IMG/VR virus record: IMGVR_UViG_3300031746_000003
Span: 32,001 to 96,000 of that record
Strand: one strand, 5' to 3'
DNA length: 64,000 nt
Source of the DNA: a virus
The notes under the pieces are model-generated. The model saw only the letters and a program-made list of their open reading frames with translations. It did no database searches and was not told where the DNA came from. Shown here in pieces: positions 48,239-56,787 of this stretch. The position numbers and the translations under genes are program-made. Every line of letters starts with the position of its first letter. Position 1 is the first letter of the stretch.

Positions 48239-48546
48239 TGGACCAGCTAACAGAGCATCTACTAGAGAACGGTGAGCTTAGGTCTGTAGTCGTAGATCTA
48301 TCTCAGGAACTGCATGACCGGCTTGACTCTATGTCTGCCAAGACAGGTCAACCTAAGGGCATCCTAATGAAGCGAGCTGTCATACTGATGCTTGAGCAGA
48401 TGTGGGGTAGGTCAGAGGAGTTAGTGCGAGAGCCCGCCCTTGAACTGCCAGTATGTGCTAACCCACTTACTGAGATAGCTATTCAGCGGGCAGTAAAGGT
48501 AATGCCTACTAGGGACTTTCCACTACCTGAATCTGAAGAAAAGTAA
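48238..48546 (+). CDS. Ribbon-helix-helix (CopG-like) protein
   Basis: VVVDLSQELHDRLDSMSAKTGQPKGILMKRAV. Confidence 0.65.
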   Translation: MDQLTEHLLENGELRSVVVDLSQELHDRLDSMSAKTGQPKGILMKRAVILMLEQMWGRSEELVREPALELPVCANPLTEIAIQRAVKVMPTRDFPLPESEEK

Positions 48547-49217
48547 TGCCTGTACTTACCCAAGAGATTAAGTATGGAGAAGATAACTCCATAGATGCTG
48601 TTCCTACCCTAACGGATGAAGAAAAGAACATCCTAGAGGAAAAGAAGAAAACTCTAGACAAGCTTTTCTCTGACGGTGGGAGAAAAGCGAAGTACAAGCT
48701 AGAGGTACTCTTTGGGAAGAAGTACTCCCTCAATACACCTTCCCATGGTGCCGTCACCTTCTGGGAGAGTGGACGTAAGTTCCACGGCGGTGGTGACACC
48801 AAGCTCTACATCTGCCCTGGAAAGAAACTCAACAGGAGTGAGTGTGACGCCTTCATACCAGAGTCAGCGCAAGGCTATGGCCACCTGGTCTGCCCTAAGT
48901 GCGGTCAGGTGTGGAAGGGCGACGAGGTAATAGGCGAGCTCATGTTTAGGCTCACCTCCCAAGGCTGGTGTACTGTACTCCTAAAGTACTTCCTCAAGAT
49001 GGAACTTGATGCGGACATCAAGATAAAGTATCCACCTGAAGATATACGCAGTATGGCTATAGCCGAGCAGGAAAAGCAGCGTGGGGGAGAGCTCCTAGAT
49101 ACTGCGCGGGGTAAGCGGATGCATGGGGCTAAGATCTACCCCATGATGAACATCATAAAGGACACCTCTAGTGGATCTTCACTAGAGAGTCGTATAATGG
49201 CCTTCATAAGGTCATGA
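48546..49217 (+). CDS. Zn-binding hypothetical protein
   Basis: YICPG...EC...CPKCG. Confidence 0.65.
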   Translation: MPVLTQEIKYGEDNSIDAVPTLTDEEKNILEEKKKTLDKLFSDGGRKAKYKLEVLFGKKYSLNTPSHGAVTFWESGRKFHGGGDTKLYICPGKKLNRSECDAFIPESAQGYGHLVCPKCGQVWKGDEVIGELMFRLTSQGWCTVLLKYFLKMELDADIKIKYPPEDIRSMAIAEQEKQRGGELLDTARGKRMHGAKIYPMMNIIKDTSSGSSLESRIMAFIRS

Positions 49218-49621
49218 CCAAAACAATCCGTACAAACCCAGCCTACGCACATCTGGCCTATCGTAAGGCTATCCTACAGCACACCATCAACTACTTGATG
49301 GATGACTACGTAGGCAGAGATGGTGAGTCCCCCAAGGGGACCATCTTCTGTGATGAGGTGTTCAAGGAAGACTCGGAGATCCCATCTGAGGATATCTACG
49401 AGATCGTGGAAGACCTACGGATTGAAGTAGCTAACGTTGAACTAGAACTCAGTAAGTTCGAGTTCACTAGGAGAGGTGATGACAAGCTCTTTAGCAAGAA
49501 ACCAGAAAAGAATAAGCAAGAAGACCAGCACAAAGCTTCAGGCAGTGCCGGACCCAAGCCTGGCAAACCGCCTGGTAATGAAGGTGGCCGCTCTGGAGGA
49601 GGGCCTTCAAAGAGTAACTGA
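49214..49621 (+). CDS. Hypothetical protein
   Basis: Coupled ORF; low-complexity tail overlaps the next gene. Confidence 0.6.
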   Translation: MTKTIRTNPAYAHLAYRKAILQHTINYLMDDYVGRDGESPKGTIFCDEVFKEDSEIPSEDIYEIVEDLRIEVANVELELSKFEFTRRGDDKLFSKKPEKNKQEDQHKASGSAGPKPGKPPGNEGGRSGGGPSKSN

Positions 49622-49916
49622 AGCGTACGCGCACAACCTCTCGCAAATCAGACGTGCTTTCGCACTCACTGACTCACATATCTGGTGTCTGCAGTGCATC
49701 TCTAACCACATATCACGTGGTGAGCTCCAGACCCTTGAGCTGTCCAACGGCCTGCACATCAACCTGCCATGGTACCATAACCAGTACAACCAGGTAATGC
49801 AGTTCACCATGCTCATAGACTGGCTCTACCCCGATAAGATGGTAGTAGAGCCTGAGGAGCCTGAGGAGCAGGACAACACAGTAGTGTTTGGAGGCAACGA
49901 TGGAACGAGTACGTAA
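49476..49916 (+). CDS. Hypothetical protein
   Basis: GGAGAGG SD; overlaps the previous gene by about 145 nt. Confidence 0.55.
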   Translation: MMTSSLARNQKRISKKTSTKLQAVPDPSLANRLVMKVAALEEGLQRVTEAYAHNLSQIRRAFALTDSHIWCLQCISNHISRGELQTLELSNGLHINLPWYHNQYNQVMQFTMLIDWLYPDKMVVEPEEPEEQDNTVVFGGNDGTST

Positions 49917-50094
49917 AGGAAAGCAGCTCGCTAACGGAGTCGTAGTTCTACGTTCTGGAACAGGTGCGGCTGACCTGCGCAGGATGCGCTGTACGTCATG
50001 TCATGGGAACATGGTCACAGGTAAGAACGCTAGTGGGAAAGAGACCTCTCGCTGTACTAACTGTGGCAGCACAGCTACTAGCCGCCCGATGTAG
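49900..50094 (+). CDS. Small Zn-ribbon protein
   Basis: GGAGG SD; CTSC ... CTNC. Confidence 0.6.
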   Translation: MERVRKGKQLANGVVVLRSGTGAADLRRMRCTSCHGNMVTGKNASGKETSRCTNCGSTATSRPM

Positions 50095-50497
50095 ATCTGA
50101 GCACTAGGTTACCGCTCTGCAGCTGTCCTACCACCTTGAAGCCTTTACTACAGTAGAGATTCATGGCTGCTTCGTTACTCCTGTCCACAGTGAGTATGCA
50201 GTCACCAGGGGTGCGTAGGGCAGCGTTTAGCAGAGCTCGACCTATACCGTTTCGTCGGTACTTGCTAACAACACAGAGCTTCAGGACATCTAAGAGGTTG
50301 TTCTCGCGCTTTGCCAGTAAGAAGCCTTGTACCTCTTCAGATATCAAGTCATGCGCTACGTAGCTGTTGTTCTCCAGTATCAGATGCTCAATAGTCTTTT
50401 CGTTGAACGCGGTTTCAGGGAAAACCTCTAGATCTAACTGAGCTAGAGCGACACTGTCTTCCACTTTAGCTGCCCGAATAACTGCGGAGTGCCTCAT
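50078..50497 (-). CDS. GNAT (RimI-like) acetyltransferase
   Basis: LCVVSKYRRNGIGRALL (acetyl-CoA motif A) and LTVDRSNEAAMNLYCSKGF (motif B). Confidence 0.85.
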   Translation of the reverse strand: MRHSAVIRAAKVEDSVALAQLDLEVFPETAFNEKTIEHLILENNSYVAHDLISEEVQGFLLAKRENNLLDVLKLCVVSKYRRNGIGRALLNAALRTPGDCILTVDRSNEAAMNLYCSKGFKVVGQLQSGNLVLRSTSGG

Positions 50498-50732
50498 GTC
50501 TAAGATTCTAGTTCAAATCAGCTCAGATGCATCGCACATGCTAAGCGATGTTGTCGATACGGACATCCGAGAGTTTGAGCAGTGGTTCAAGAGCATTGGT
50601 AACGACCCGCTGATGGGGCTTGAGGCCGCCATCATTAAGACATACATTGGTTGGAAGCTGGGAGTACACGCAGGTGGCGTTATCAAGACCCCTATTCAAC
50701 CGGTCTCCTATTGCGAGGAAGAAAATGGCTAA
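50496..50732 (+). CDS. Hypothetical protein
   Basis: GGAG SD; ATG shares CATG 50495-50498 with the GNAT gene. Confidence 0.6.
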   Translation: MSKILVQISSDASHMLSDVVDTDIREFEQWFKSIGNDPLMGLEAAIIKTYIGWKLGVHAGGVIKTPIQPVSYCEEENG

Positions 50733-51060
50733 GCTACATGTGACTGAGTTACGTTGTGATCGCTGCAAGAGGGTGGAGTACGTAGAGGCTACTGACGCTC
50801 ATGCGCAGGATGCTTCTGTCCAAGTACCAGCGCTACATCTGATAATGGGTGATGAACACTTGGAGGACACAGAGGTGCTGTTCCATGACCTCTGTTCCCC
50901 TTGTAAGAAGACTGTCAGCAGGTATGTAGAGCAGATCTCTAAACCCATGGCTGAGCGCAAGTCCCCAGCTAGAGTCAAAGGTAGGGCTAAGAAGAAGGGG
51001 GACAGCCCCCCTTCTCCCGTAGCTACCTCCGGAACCGTTGTGGCTTCTCGGGCGTCCTGA
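50725..51060 (+). CDS. Zn-finger protein
   Basis: GAGGA SD; CDRC ... DLCSPC. Confidence 0.65.
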   Translation: MAKLHVTELRCDRCKRVEYVEATDAHAQDASVQVPALHLIMGDEHLEDTEVLFHDLCSPCKKTVSRYVEQISKPMAERKSPARVKGRAKKKGDSPPSPVATSGTVVASRAS

Positions 51061-51601
51061 CATTCAGCGTACCCCCTGGTCCCTCCCAGTAGCAGATGAG
51101 GGACCTGGGGGCGTCCTCCAGGTGCTTTCCGTTCCGCCATAGCCGGAACCCTGCTCCAGGCCAGAGCTTGAGCAGGGTGGTGGCCTCCCCCGTCTTGTGG
51201 TGCCCGAAGGCCATCAGCTCCACCCCCGTCGACCTGTCCCCCTGCAGGGGCGGGTAGCGCTTCTCAGACCCCATCAGAGCCACCTTGGTGTCCGTGTACT
51301 CCAACCTGCCACCCTCTCCAGCCATGGTAGCCACGAGGACCAGAGCGTAGGGGTCCGGAGACTTTCTCCCAGTGGTGACCACATAGTCATCACCCGAGTA
51401 GTCTATCCGGATGTTGTGAAGCTTGGGAGCGACAGATAGTCGCTCCTGTTCCATGTAGCTCTGCAGCTGCTGTCGGAACGAGCTCCGCAGCGGGAGCTTC
51501 ATGCAGGTACCCTCGTCCCCCACGACGACGTAGTACCCGTCGTCTAGTTGCCTCAAGGCTATCCCCTCAGTACATCCCTCGGTCACTGTGAAACACTGCA
51601 T
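51023..51601 (-). CDS. Hypothetical protein, GC-rich codons
   Basis: AAGGAG SD; 192 aa. Confidence 0.7.
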   Translation of the reverse strand: MQCFTVTEGCTEGIALRQLDDGYYVVVGDEGTCMKLPLRSSFRQQLQSYMEQERLSVAPKLHNIRIDYSGDDYVVTTGRKSPDPYALVLVATMAGEGGRLEYTDTKVALMGSEKRYPPLQGDRSTGVELMAFGHHKTGEATTLLKLWPGAGFRLWRNGKHLEDAPRSLICYWEGPGGTLNVRTPEKPQRFRR

Positions 51602-51643
51602 TTAGGTATCTCCTTAAAAGGACGGAAAGTCCATCCATAGCTG

Positions 51644-51650
51644 TTATTCC
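51644..51650 (-). promoter_or_regulatory. GGAATAA variant of the putative phage promoter motif
   Basis: Intergenic, about 43 nt upstream of ATG 51601. Confidence 0.4.
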
Positions 51651-51680
51651 AGCTATTCGGAGAATATTTCAGAGCAGCGT

Positions 51681-51941
51681 TTAGCTAGCTAGACGAAGAG
51701 AATGTACAGGAGCTAGGGCAGCCAGGGCATACCTGACAGCAGCATCCGTCTCCGCATTTCCTTTTGGTAGCGTCGTTAAGATGGTGTACGCAAGCATAGC
51801 CGCGCTTGGGCTCGTTGCTTCAACACCACGTAGTGACAGGGCCTGGGACTTAAATCCTTCCCGTTCGAACGCTTCTTGACATGCTTCAAGCATGACAGCC
51901 GCGTTCTCAAAGGAAAAGTTACCTTCAAGTAGAGTTGCCAT
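51681..51941 (-). CDS. Hypothetical protein
   Basis: 86 aa helical ORF. Confidence 0.6.
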   Translation of the reverse strand: MATLLEGNFSFENAAVMLEACQEAFEREGFKSQALSLRGVEATSPSAAMLAYTILTTLPKGNAETDAAVRYALAALAPVHSLRLAS

Positions 51942-51991
51942 ACATGTAGTATTTAGTCTTTTAGTTATACATGCAAGGGAAAAAGATAACT

Positions 51992-52029
51992 AAAAGAACA
52001 GTATCCGGGGGGTTACCCCGGACTGTTCT
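51992..52029 (-). terminator. Rho-independent terminator for minus-strand genes
   Basis: AGAACAGT-CCGGGG-TAACC-CCCCGG-AT-ACTGTTCT-TTT on the minus strand. Confidence 0.7.
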
Positions 52030-52065
52030 CTCTCCAACCCTCAGGGATTGGACGTCGACGTCAGG

Positions 52066-52383
52066 TCAGAGAGGGGTGGGGGCCATCGCCTGAACGATGG
52101 CGACCGTACCCACCACGACCCCACCCACCACGACGGCCACGATGGCGGTCTTGGCGGCGACGCTCAGGAGCTCCTCACTGAAGCTGGGGACCTCTACGCT
52201 GGCCTCGTACGCGTCGAGCGCCCCATTGATCTTCTGCATCAGGGCCAGTCCCTGAAGCGCGGCTGGGGCGACCAACTGATCGATGCTCGGGGGCTTCTGC
52301 TGCTGTTGCATGAACGCTTGGAAAGCGGCCATCTGGTTCAGCTGCGACTGTTGTGCCTGTTGTGCCTGTTGCTCTGCGGTCAT
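52066..52383 (-). CDS. Gln-rich protein with C-terminal TM helix
   Basis: Start MTAEQQAQQAQQ at 52383; TM AIVAVVVGGVVVGTVAIV; very GC3-rich. Confidence 0.65.
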   Translation of the reverse strand: MTAEQQAQQAQQSQLNQMAAFQAFMQQQQKPPSIDQLVAPAALQGLALMQKINGALDAYEASVEVPSFSEELLSVAAKTAIVAVVVGGVVVGTVAIVQAMAPTPL

Positions 52384-52456
52384 GTTGCTGGTCTCTTTCT
52401 CAGTGTCAGAGTTGCGGTCAGAGAAGTGAGTTGGGACGGATTCCCTCTCACTACTC

Positions 52457-52463
52457 TTATCCC
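52457..52463 (-). promoter_or_regulatory. GGGATAA putative phage promoter motif
   Basis: About 74 nt upstream of ATG 52383. Confidence 0.5.
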
Positions 52464-52568
52464 TCGTTTTTTCCGCTTTTTGCAGCGGTGTAGGCAATGT
52501 GATGGTCGCCAGTAGTTCTGGTGACGTACCATTGCCTGTCCTCTTCAGGCTGTCTCTCAGTGTTGTCT

Positions 52569-52832
52569 TCACTTGATCCCCCCCGATTCCTTGAGAGCCG
52601 AGTGCCTCCCACTACCAGTCTTGAGAACTCCCTCGGACTTGCTCATCAAGTCCTTGACCTCCTCCTTCGTCAGGATGAGGTTCAGGTCTACCGGGTGGAA
52701 CTTCTCACCCTTCTTGGTTCGGTCTCTCATGCTCTTGACCCTCTTCCTCACGACCATCTTGTGCGTGGTCGTCGACATGACGCTCGTGAGGATACGAGCA
52801 CCAATACAAAAGCCGATTACTACAGGAATCAT
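52569..52832 (-). CDS. Small basic protein with hydrophobic N-terminus
   Basis: GGGAG SD before ATG 52832. Confidence 0.6.
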   Translation of the reverse strand: MIPVVIGFCIGARILTSVMSTTTHKMVVRKRVKSMRDRTKKGEKFHPVDLNLILTKEEVKDLMSKSEGVLKTGSGRHSALKESGGIK

Positions 52833-52873
52833 GAAACTCCCTATCTGTGTGGGGTAATTCCCACTCATCTTTC

Positions 52874-52880
52874 TTATCCC
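52874..52880 (-). promoter_or_regulatory. GGGATAA putative phage promoter motif
   Basis: About 42 nt upstream of ATG 52832. Confidence 0.5.
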
Positions 52881-52981
52881 CTAAATGCCCTATAAATTGA
52901 CGGTTTATTAGGTCATTTTTTGCGTAGTTAGCCGGTAGTCAGCTATCCTCAGAGCTCACGTGGTAAAGTACAGGTAAGTCA

Positions 52982-55900
52982 ATGCCTCTATCTTCTATGG
53001 ACATCGCCCAGATGAATGGCGCCTTCCAGAACGGGGCCATGCAAAACATGGCTCAGTCTGGAATGATCGGGCAACCCTACGGGCACATGCCCTTAGGGGA
53101 AAACCTGGCTGGTAGAGCCATTAACATGGGTACTGGTGTAGCTCAGCCACTGACCATGGGAATGGCCACCCTCGCTGGGACTGACCCCATCTCTATGGGT
53201 ATGCGCATGGGTACGTTTGCCTCCAGAGGATTAGGGACTGCTGGGGGTGTCGGCGTTGGTATGGCCGGTGGTCTTGGGATGATGGCTATCGGTGCCGGAG
53301 TACAGTACGCCGGGCATCAAGCGGTAGTCGGTGCTCAACAGCAGCAACAGTTCAACTCCTCTATGCGGAGTAACTTCAACTTTATTAACCCCGCTGCACA
53401 CGGGGGTCGTGGCTTCTCGTCAGTAGACACAGCCACGATCTCTAGCAATCTTCGATCTATGGCTGGTGCTCCTCAGGGGCCCATGGGGGAGATGGTGGGC
53501 TTTGAAGAGCTCGGACGACTTGCTTCCAACATGGGACGTATGGGGATGGCACAGGGAGTACGCAGTGCCAAAGAGTTTTCTGGCAAGTTTAAAGAGATGG
53601 TCGGCGCGCTAAAAGAAATAGCTACGTCGTTCAACACCAACTTAGAAGAAGCTCAGCAGATGATGGGAGCCATGCGTGGCTCTGGTGTGTTTGGTGCTGG
53701 TAAGGCCGCTGCCTTCGCTAAGAGCATGAAGATGAGTAGCGCTGCGTCTGGGCTCACCACTACGGAGCAGACATCAGCAATGAATATTGGTTCTCAGATA
53801 TCTAGGTCCATAGGTGGGCTAGGTAGAGCTGGTGCAGCTGGTGGGCTTAAGACCATTACAGACATCGGCACGGCTAAGCAGATGGGCATCATGAGTGAGG
53901 AGGATATTTATAACTCCACAGGGCTTGCTGGTGCTGAAGGTGTGCAGGCTATGGCTACGCAGCAGATGCAGTCAGCTGCTAGCTTTTTGAAGGGTGGGTT
54001 AGGCCGTAGGTTTCTAGCGTCCATGGCCGGTAAAGACGGTACGTTAAATCAGGGGTCTGTAAGTGCCTGGACAGCTGGTGGCATTGGTACTGGTGAGACC
54101 ATGCGGATGGCTCATGAGAACTTGGGTGGGGTTGGCCGTGCTAATTTTATACGTAATGAAGGGCGTCTTCGTGGTGAAGCTCTAGCCCAGTTCGGTGGGG
54201 CACTACCCGCGATGGTCATGAAGAGCTGGCTTGACCAGAGAGGCATGTCGCTAGGGGAGAACAACGATAGATCTATGATTTTCATGCAGCGCCGCCTTGG
54301 TATGGGGCGTGACGAAGCTGACATGATGATCCGGCAGATAGAGCATCTTCCAGAAATCATACAGCAGCAGAAGTTAGCTCAAGCAGACGTGGGTCAGAGT
54401 GAGCGCATGGGTAGGCAGAAAGCCAACCGTGGTCTAGAGGGCCTTAAGCGCAGCTTTGATAGAGCCAGAGAGACTGTTAACAACAAGCTACAAAAAGCTG
54501 GTGCAGATCTCTACGAGCATGCGTCCGACCAAATAGAAGCGTGGGCTAACAAGATGGTTGGTGGCTACGTCGAGGTGTATAGCCAAGCTGCAGCTAAGGC
54601 AGTCTCTTCTCTCAATATGGCTGGAGATGAGGGAGACCGGGCTAGAGCCATGGTTGGTATGAATGGAGGCAAGTTTAAACAGATGGGCTCACTGGGTAGT
54701 AGTGATACCCTGCGTAAAAGTATGTTCGGGGATGTTACTACTGGGGCGGGGAGTAATAACAGTAACTGGATACAGAAGAACCTTGGTATAGGAGATGTCT
54801 TGGCAGAGGAGCGTGGGGGTGCTGGCTGGTCTAAGTTCGGTACTCAAGGCGAGATGATGCGCGAGATGGGCGGCTCTCTACTCGGTACTGGTGGGGCTGA
54901 TGCTCAGGCTAACAAGTCCATGCTTTCTATGGGTGCTGGAGGTGCTGCTGGTGCTATTGCCGGTGGTTGGACGGGGGCTACCGCCGGTGCAGTAGTAGGC
55001 GGGTTTGTAGGTGGTGCTGTAGGTCTTATGGCCGGTGGTGTTGGAGTTCTCGGTGGCATAGCCGCTGGGCAGGCTGTAGGTGGTTGGATAGGTGGTATAG
55101 GAGGAGCTGCAGCTGGTGGGTATCAAGGAGCTCAAGCTGGTGGACTGCTCAGCTCAGGTGGAGCTGCTAGTTCTCAGGCGTTGGGTGCTGCAATGTCTAG
55201 TGAGGAGTCTGTACGCCTTCGCCAAGGTGCTTTCTCGTCAGATGAGGAAACAAGAAGCAAGACCATCTTGATGATGGACGGCGATGTCAAAAAGATAGAA
55301 GACAAGAAGAAGAAAGGGTTAACACTAACTGACACAGAAGAAGCACAGCTAACTAACCTGAAGAGCATCAAGACTGCCTCCTCTGCAGGTGCTTACGCTG
55401 ATAAGGCGGGCAAGAGCGTTACCAGCCTGTCTAAAGATGAGTGGGAGAAGATTGGTAAAGCTAATGGCCAGAGTGGCACAGAAGCTAGAGCAGCTGCGTA
55501 CGCTCAAGCAGGTACGGCAGCTAAGGATCAACTTGAAGCGGTTATAACCACCGCAGATGTTATGCAGAAGCAGGGGGAAGATATTGTTAGTGGATTAGGC
55601 ACTAAAGGTGAGGGTGAGGGTGGGCAGCTAGTGCGTGGGGCTGGCGGTAAGTTAGAGTTGGGTGAAGAGGCTTATGGAGAGATCCATAACCAGTTTAAGA
55701 AGAACGAGCAGGCGTTAGGCGACTCAGCTTTCGAATACGCTCAAGGTATGGCTAAGGCAGCTGCATTTGCAGCTGACTACAAACCTGGCGAGTTCAAGTT
55801 TGAAGGTGTGTCTCAAGGGCGAGCAGGGTCACAAGCGTATGCGAAGGCTAAAGCAGCTTTTGGACCTGCGGAGGATGCTCGCCGTACTGCCCACATAAAG

Positions 55901-56521
55901 AAGTGGAAGGAGATGCAGGGTGAAGCTAGCGCCAAGCTCGGAGGACTTAGCGCTGCAGACCGCAGACGAGCTATGCTTGCTGCGGGCAGTGGTGGGCGTG
56001 GCGCATTGGTGGACGCCCGTGATGAGTATCAAGCAGCTGTGGAGGATTCGCTAGATAAGGCTAAGAAGAGCCCAATCATAGGTGAGGGTCTTCGAGTTGC
56101 CGCGGGGTTCTTAGGAGTTAGAGTATCCGCTAAAGATCTGGCAGCTGCTGACAAGAATGGTGGTGTTGACTCTCAAATTAGGTTACTCGCTGAAGCATCA
56201 GGTATTGACTTCAAGGACCCTAAAAACTCGCAGTACATGAAAGACTTTGAGGCTTTGGCGAAGGCCAAAACACCAGCTGAACGTACAGATGTAGTTACGC
56301 GACTGCAAGGCAGCGATGTGCAAAAAGCGATAACTAAGGTACAGGGTGATAAGAAGGAAGCTAGTGACCGCAAGGACAATCCAATACAGGCTCTGATGGA
56401 AGGTCACTTGAAGAACATAGCTTCGGCGTTTGGTGGTGCAGGACAAGAACTTGCTAGTAAGATAGGGGTTGCCGTCTCTAGTAAAGATAACACTCCGCCA
56501 AGTGCCGAGAAACCAAAATGA
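52982..56521 (+). CDS. Tape measure protein
   Basis: 1179 aa, Gly/Ala/Met-rich, helical with a long glycine-zipper segment; precedes baseplate genes. Confidence 0.75.
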   Translation: MPLSSMDIAQMNGAFQNGAMQNMAQSGMIGQPYGHMPLGENLAGRAINMGTGVAQPLTMGMATLAGTDPISMGMRMGTFASRGLGTAGGVGVGMAGGLGMMAIGAGVQYAGHQAVVGAQQQQQFNSSMRSNFNFINPAAHGGRGFSSVDTATISSNLRSMAGAPQGPMGEMVGFEELGRLASNMGRMGMAQGVRSAKEFSGKFKEMVGALKEIATSFNTNLEEAQQMMGAMRGSGVFGAGKAAAFAKSMKMSSAASGLTTTEQTSAMNIGSQISRSIGGLGRAGAAGGLKTITDIGTAKQMGIMSEEDIYNSTGLAGAEGVQAMATQQMQSAASFLKGGLGRRFLASMAGKDGTLNQGSVSAWTAGGIGTGETMRMAHENLGGVGRANFIRNEGRLRGEALAQFGGALPAMVMKSWLDQRGMSLGENNDRSMIFMQRRLGMGRDEADMMIRQIEHLPEIIQQQKLAQADVGQSERMGRQKANRGLEGLKRSFDRARETVNNKLQKAGADLYEHASDQIEAWANKMVGGYVEVYSQAAAKAVSSLNMAGDEGDRARAMVGMNGGKFKQMGSLGSSDTLRKSMFGDVTTGAGSNNSNWIQKNLGIGDVLAEERGGAGWSKFGTQGEMMREMGGSLLGTGGADAQANKSMLSMGAGGAAGAIAGGWTGATAGAVVGGFVGGAVGLMAGGVGVLGGIAAGQAVGGWIGGIGGAAAGGYQGAQAGGLLSSGGAASSQALGAAMSSEESVRLRQGAFSSDEETRSKTILMMDGDVKKIEDKKKKGLTLTDTEEAQLTNLKSIKTASSAGAYADKAGKSVTSLSKDEWEKIGKANGQSGTEARAAAYAQAGTAAKDQLEAVITTADVMQKQGEDIVSGLGTKGEGEGGQLVRGAGGKLELGEEAYGEIHNQFKKNEQALGDSAFEYAQGMAKAAAFAADYKPGEFKFEGVSQGRAGSQAYAKAKAAFGPAEDARRTAHIKKWKEMQGEASAKLGGLSAADRRRAMLAAGSGGRGALVDARDEYQAAVEDSLDKAKKSPIIGEGLRVAAGFLGVRVSAKDLAAADKNGGVDSQIRLLAEASGIDFKDPKNSQYMKDFEALAKAKTPAERTDVVTRLQGSDVQKAITKVQGDKKEASDRKDNPIQALMEGHLKNIASAFGGAGQELASKIGVAVSSKDNTPPSAEKPK

Positions 56522-56787
56522 AGTCATTACTGTTCCAAGGTGTTACTCCCTTTGTAGAGCCACCTGACTGTGCTGGTATTCCTTGTCGTGTAGAGGTACC
56601 TATCACAATCAATAAGCAGGGTAGACTCTATACGTTTATGCTGCGTGATAAGATCGCTCCCGAAGACCCTTACCTGGTGATGGTAAAAGCAGCAGCCTTC
56701 TCCATCCAACATAACGAGCCCTACAACGGGACGCCAATACCGCGTTCCGTCAAAGACTTTCTAATCAAGACCAACTTGGTGACCTAA
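56518..56787 (+). CDS. Hypothetical protein
   Basis: Coupled between the tape measure and baseplate genes. Confidence 0.65.
   Translation: MKSLLFQGVTPFVEPPDCAGIPCRVEVPITINKQGRLYTFMLRDKIAPEDPYLVMVKAAAFSIQHNEPYNGTPIPRSVKDFLIKTNLVT

Noticed and set aside
52048-52895. + strand ORFs 52048-52515, 52521-52895 and 52573-52857, and the long 52572 start for the minus ORF
   Set aside because: These are antisense shadows. The minus-strand genes have SD sites, codon bias, an upstream motif and a terminator.
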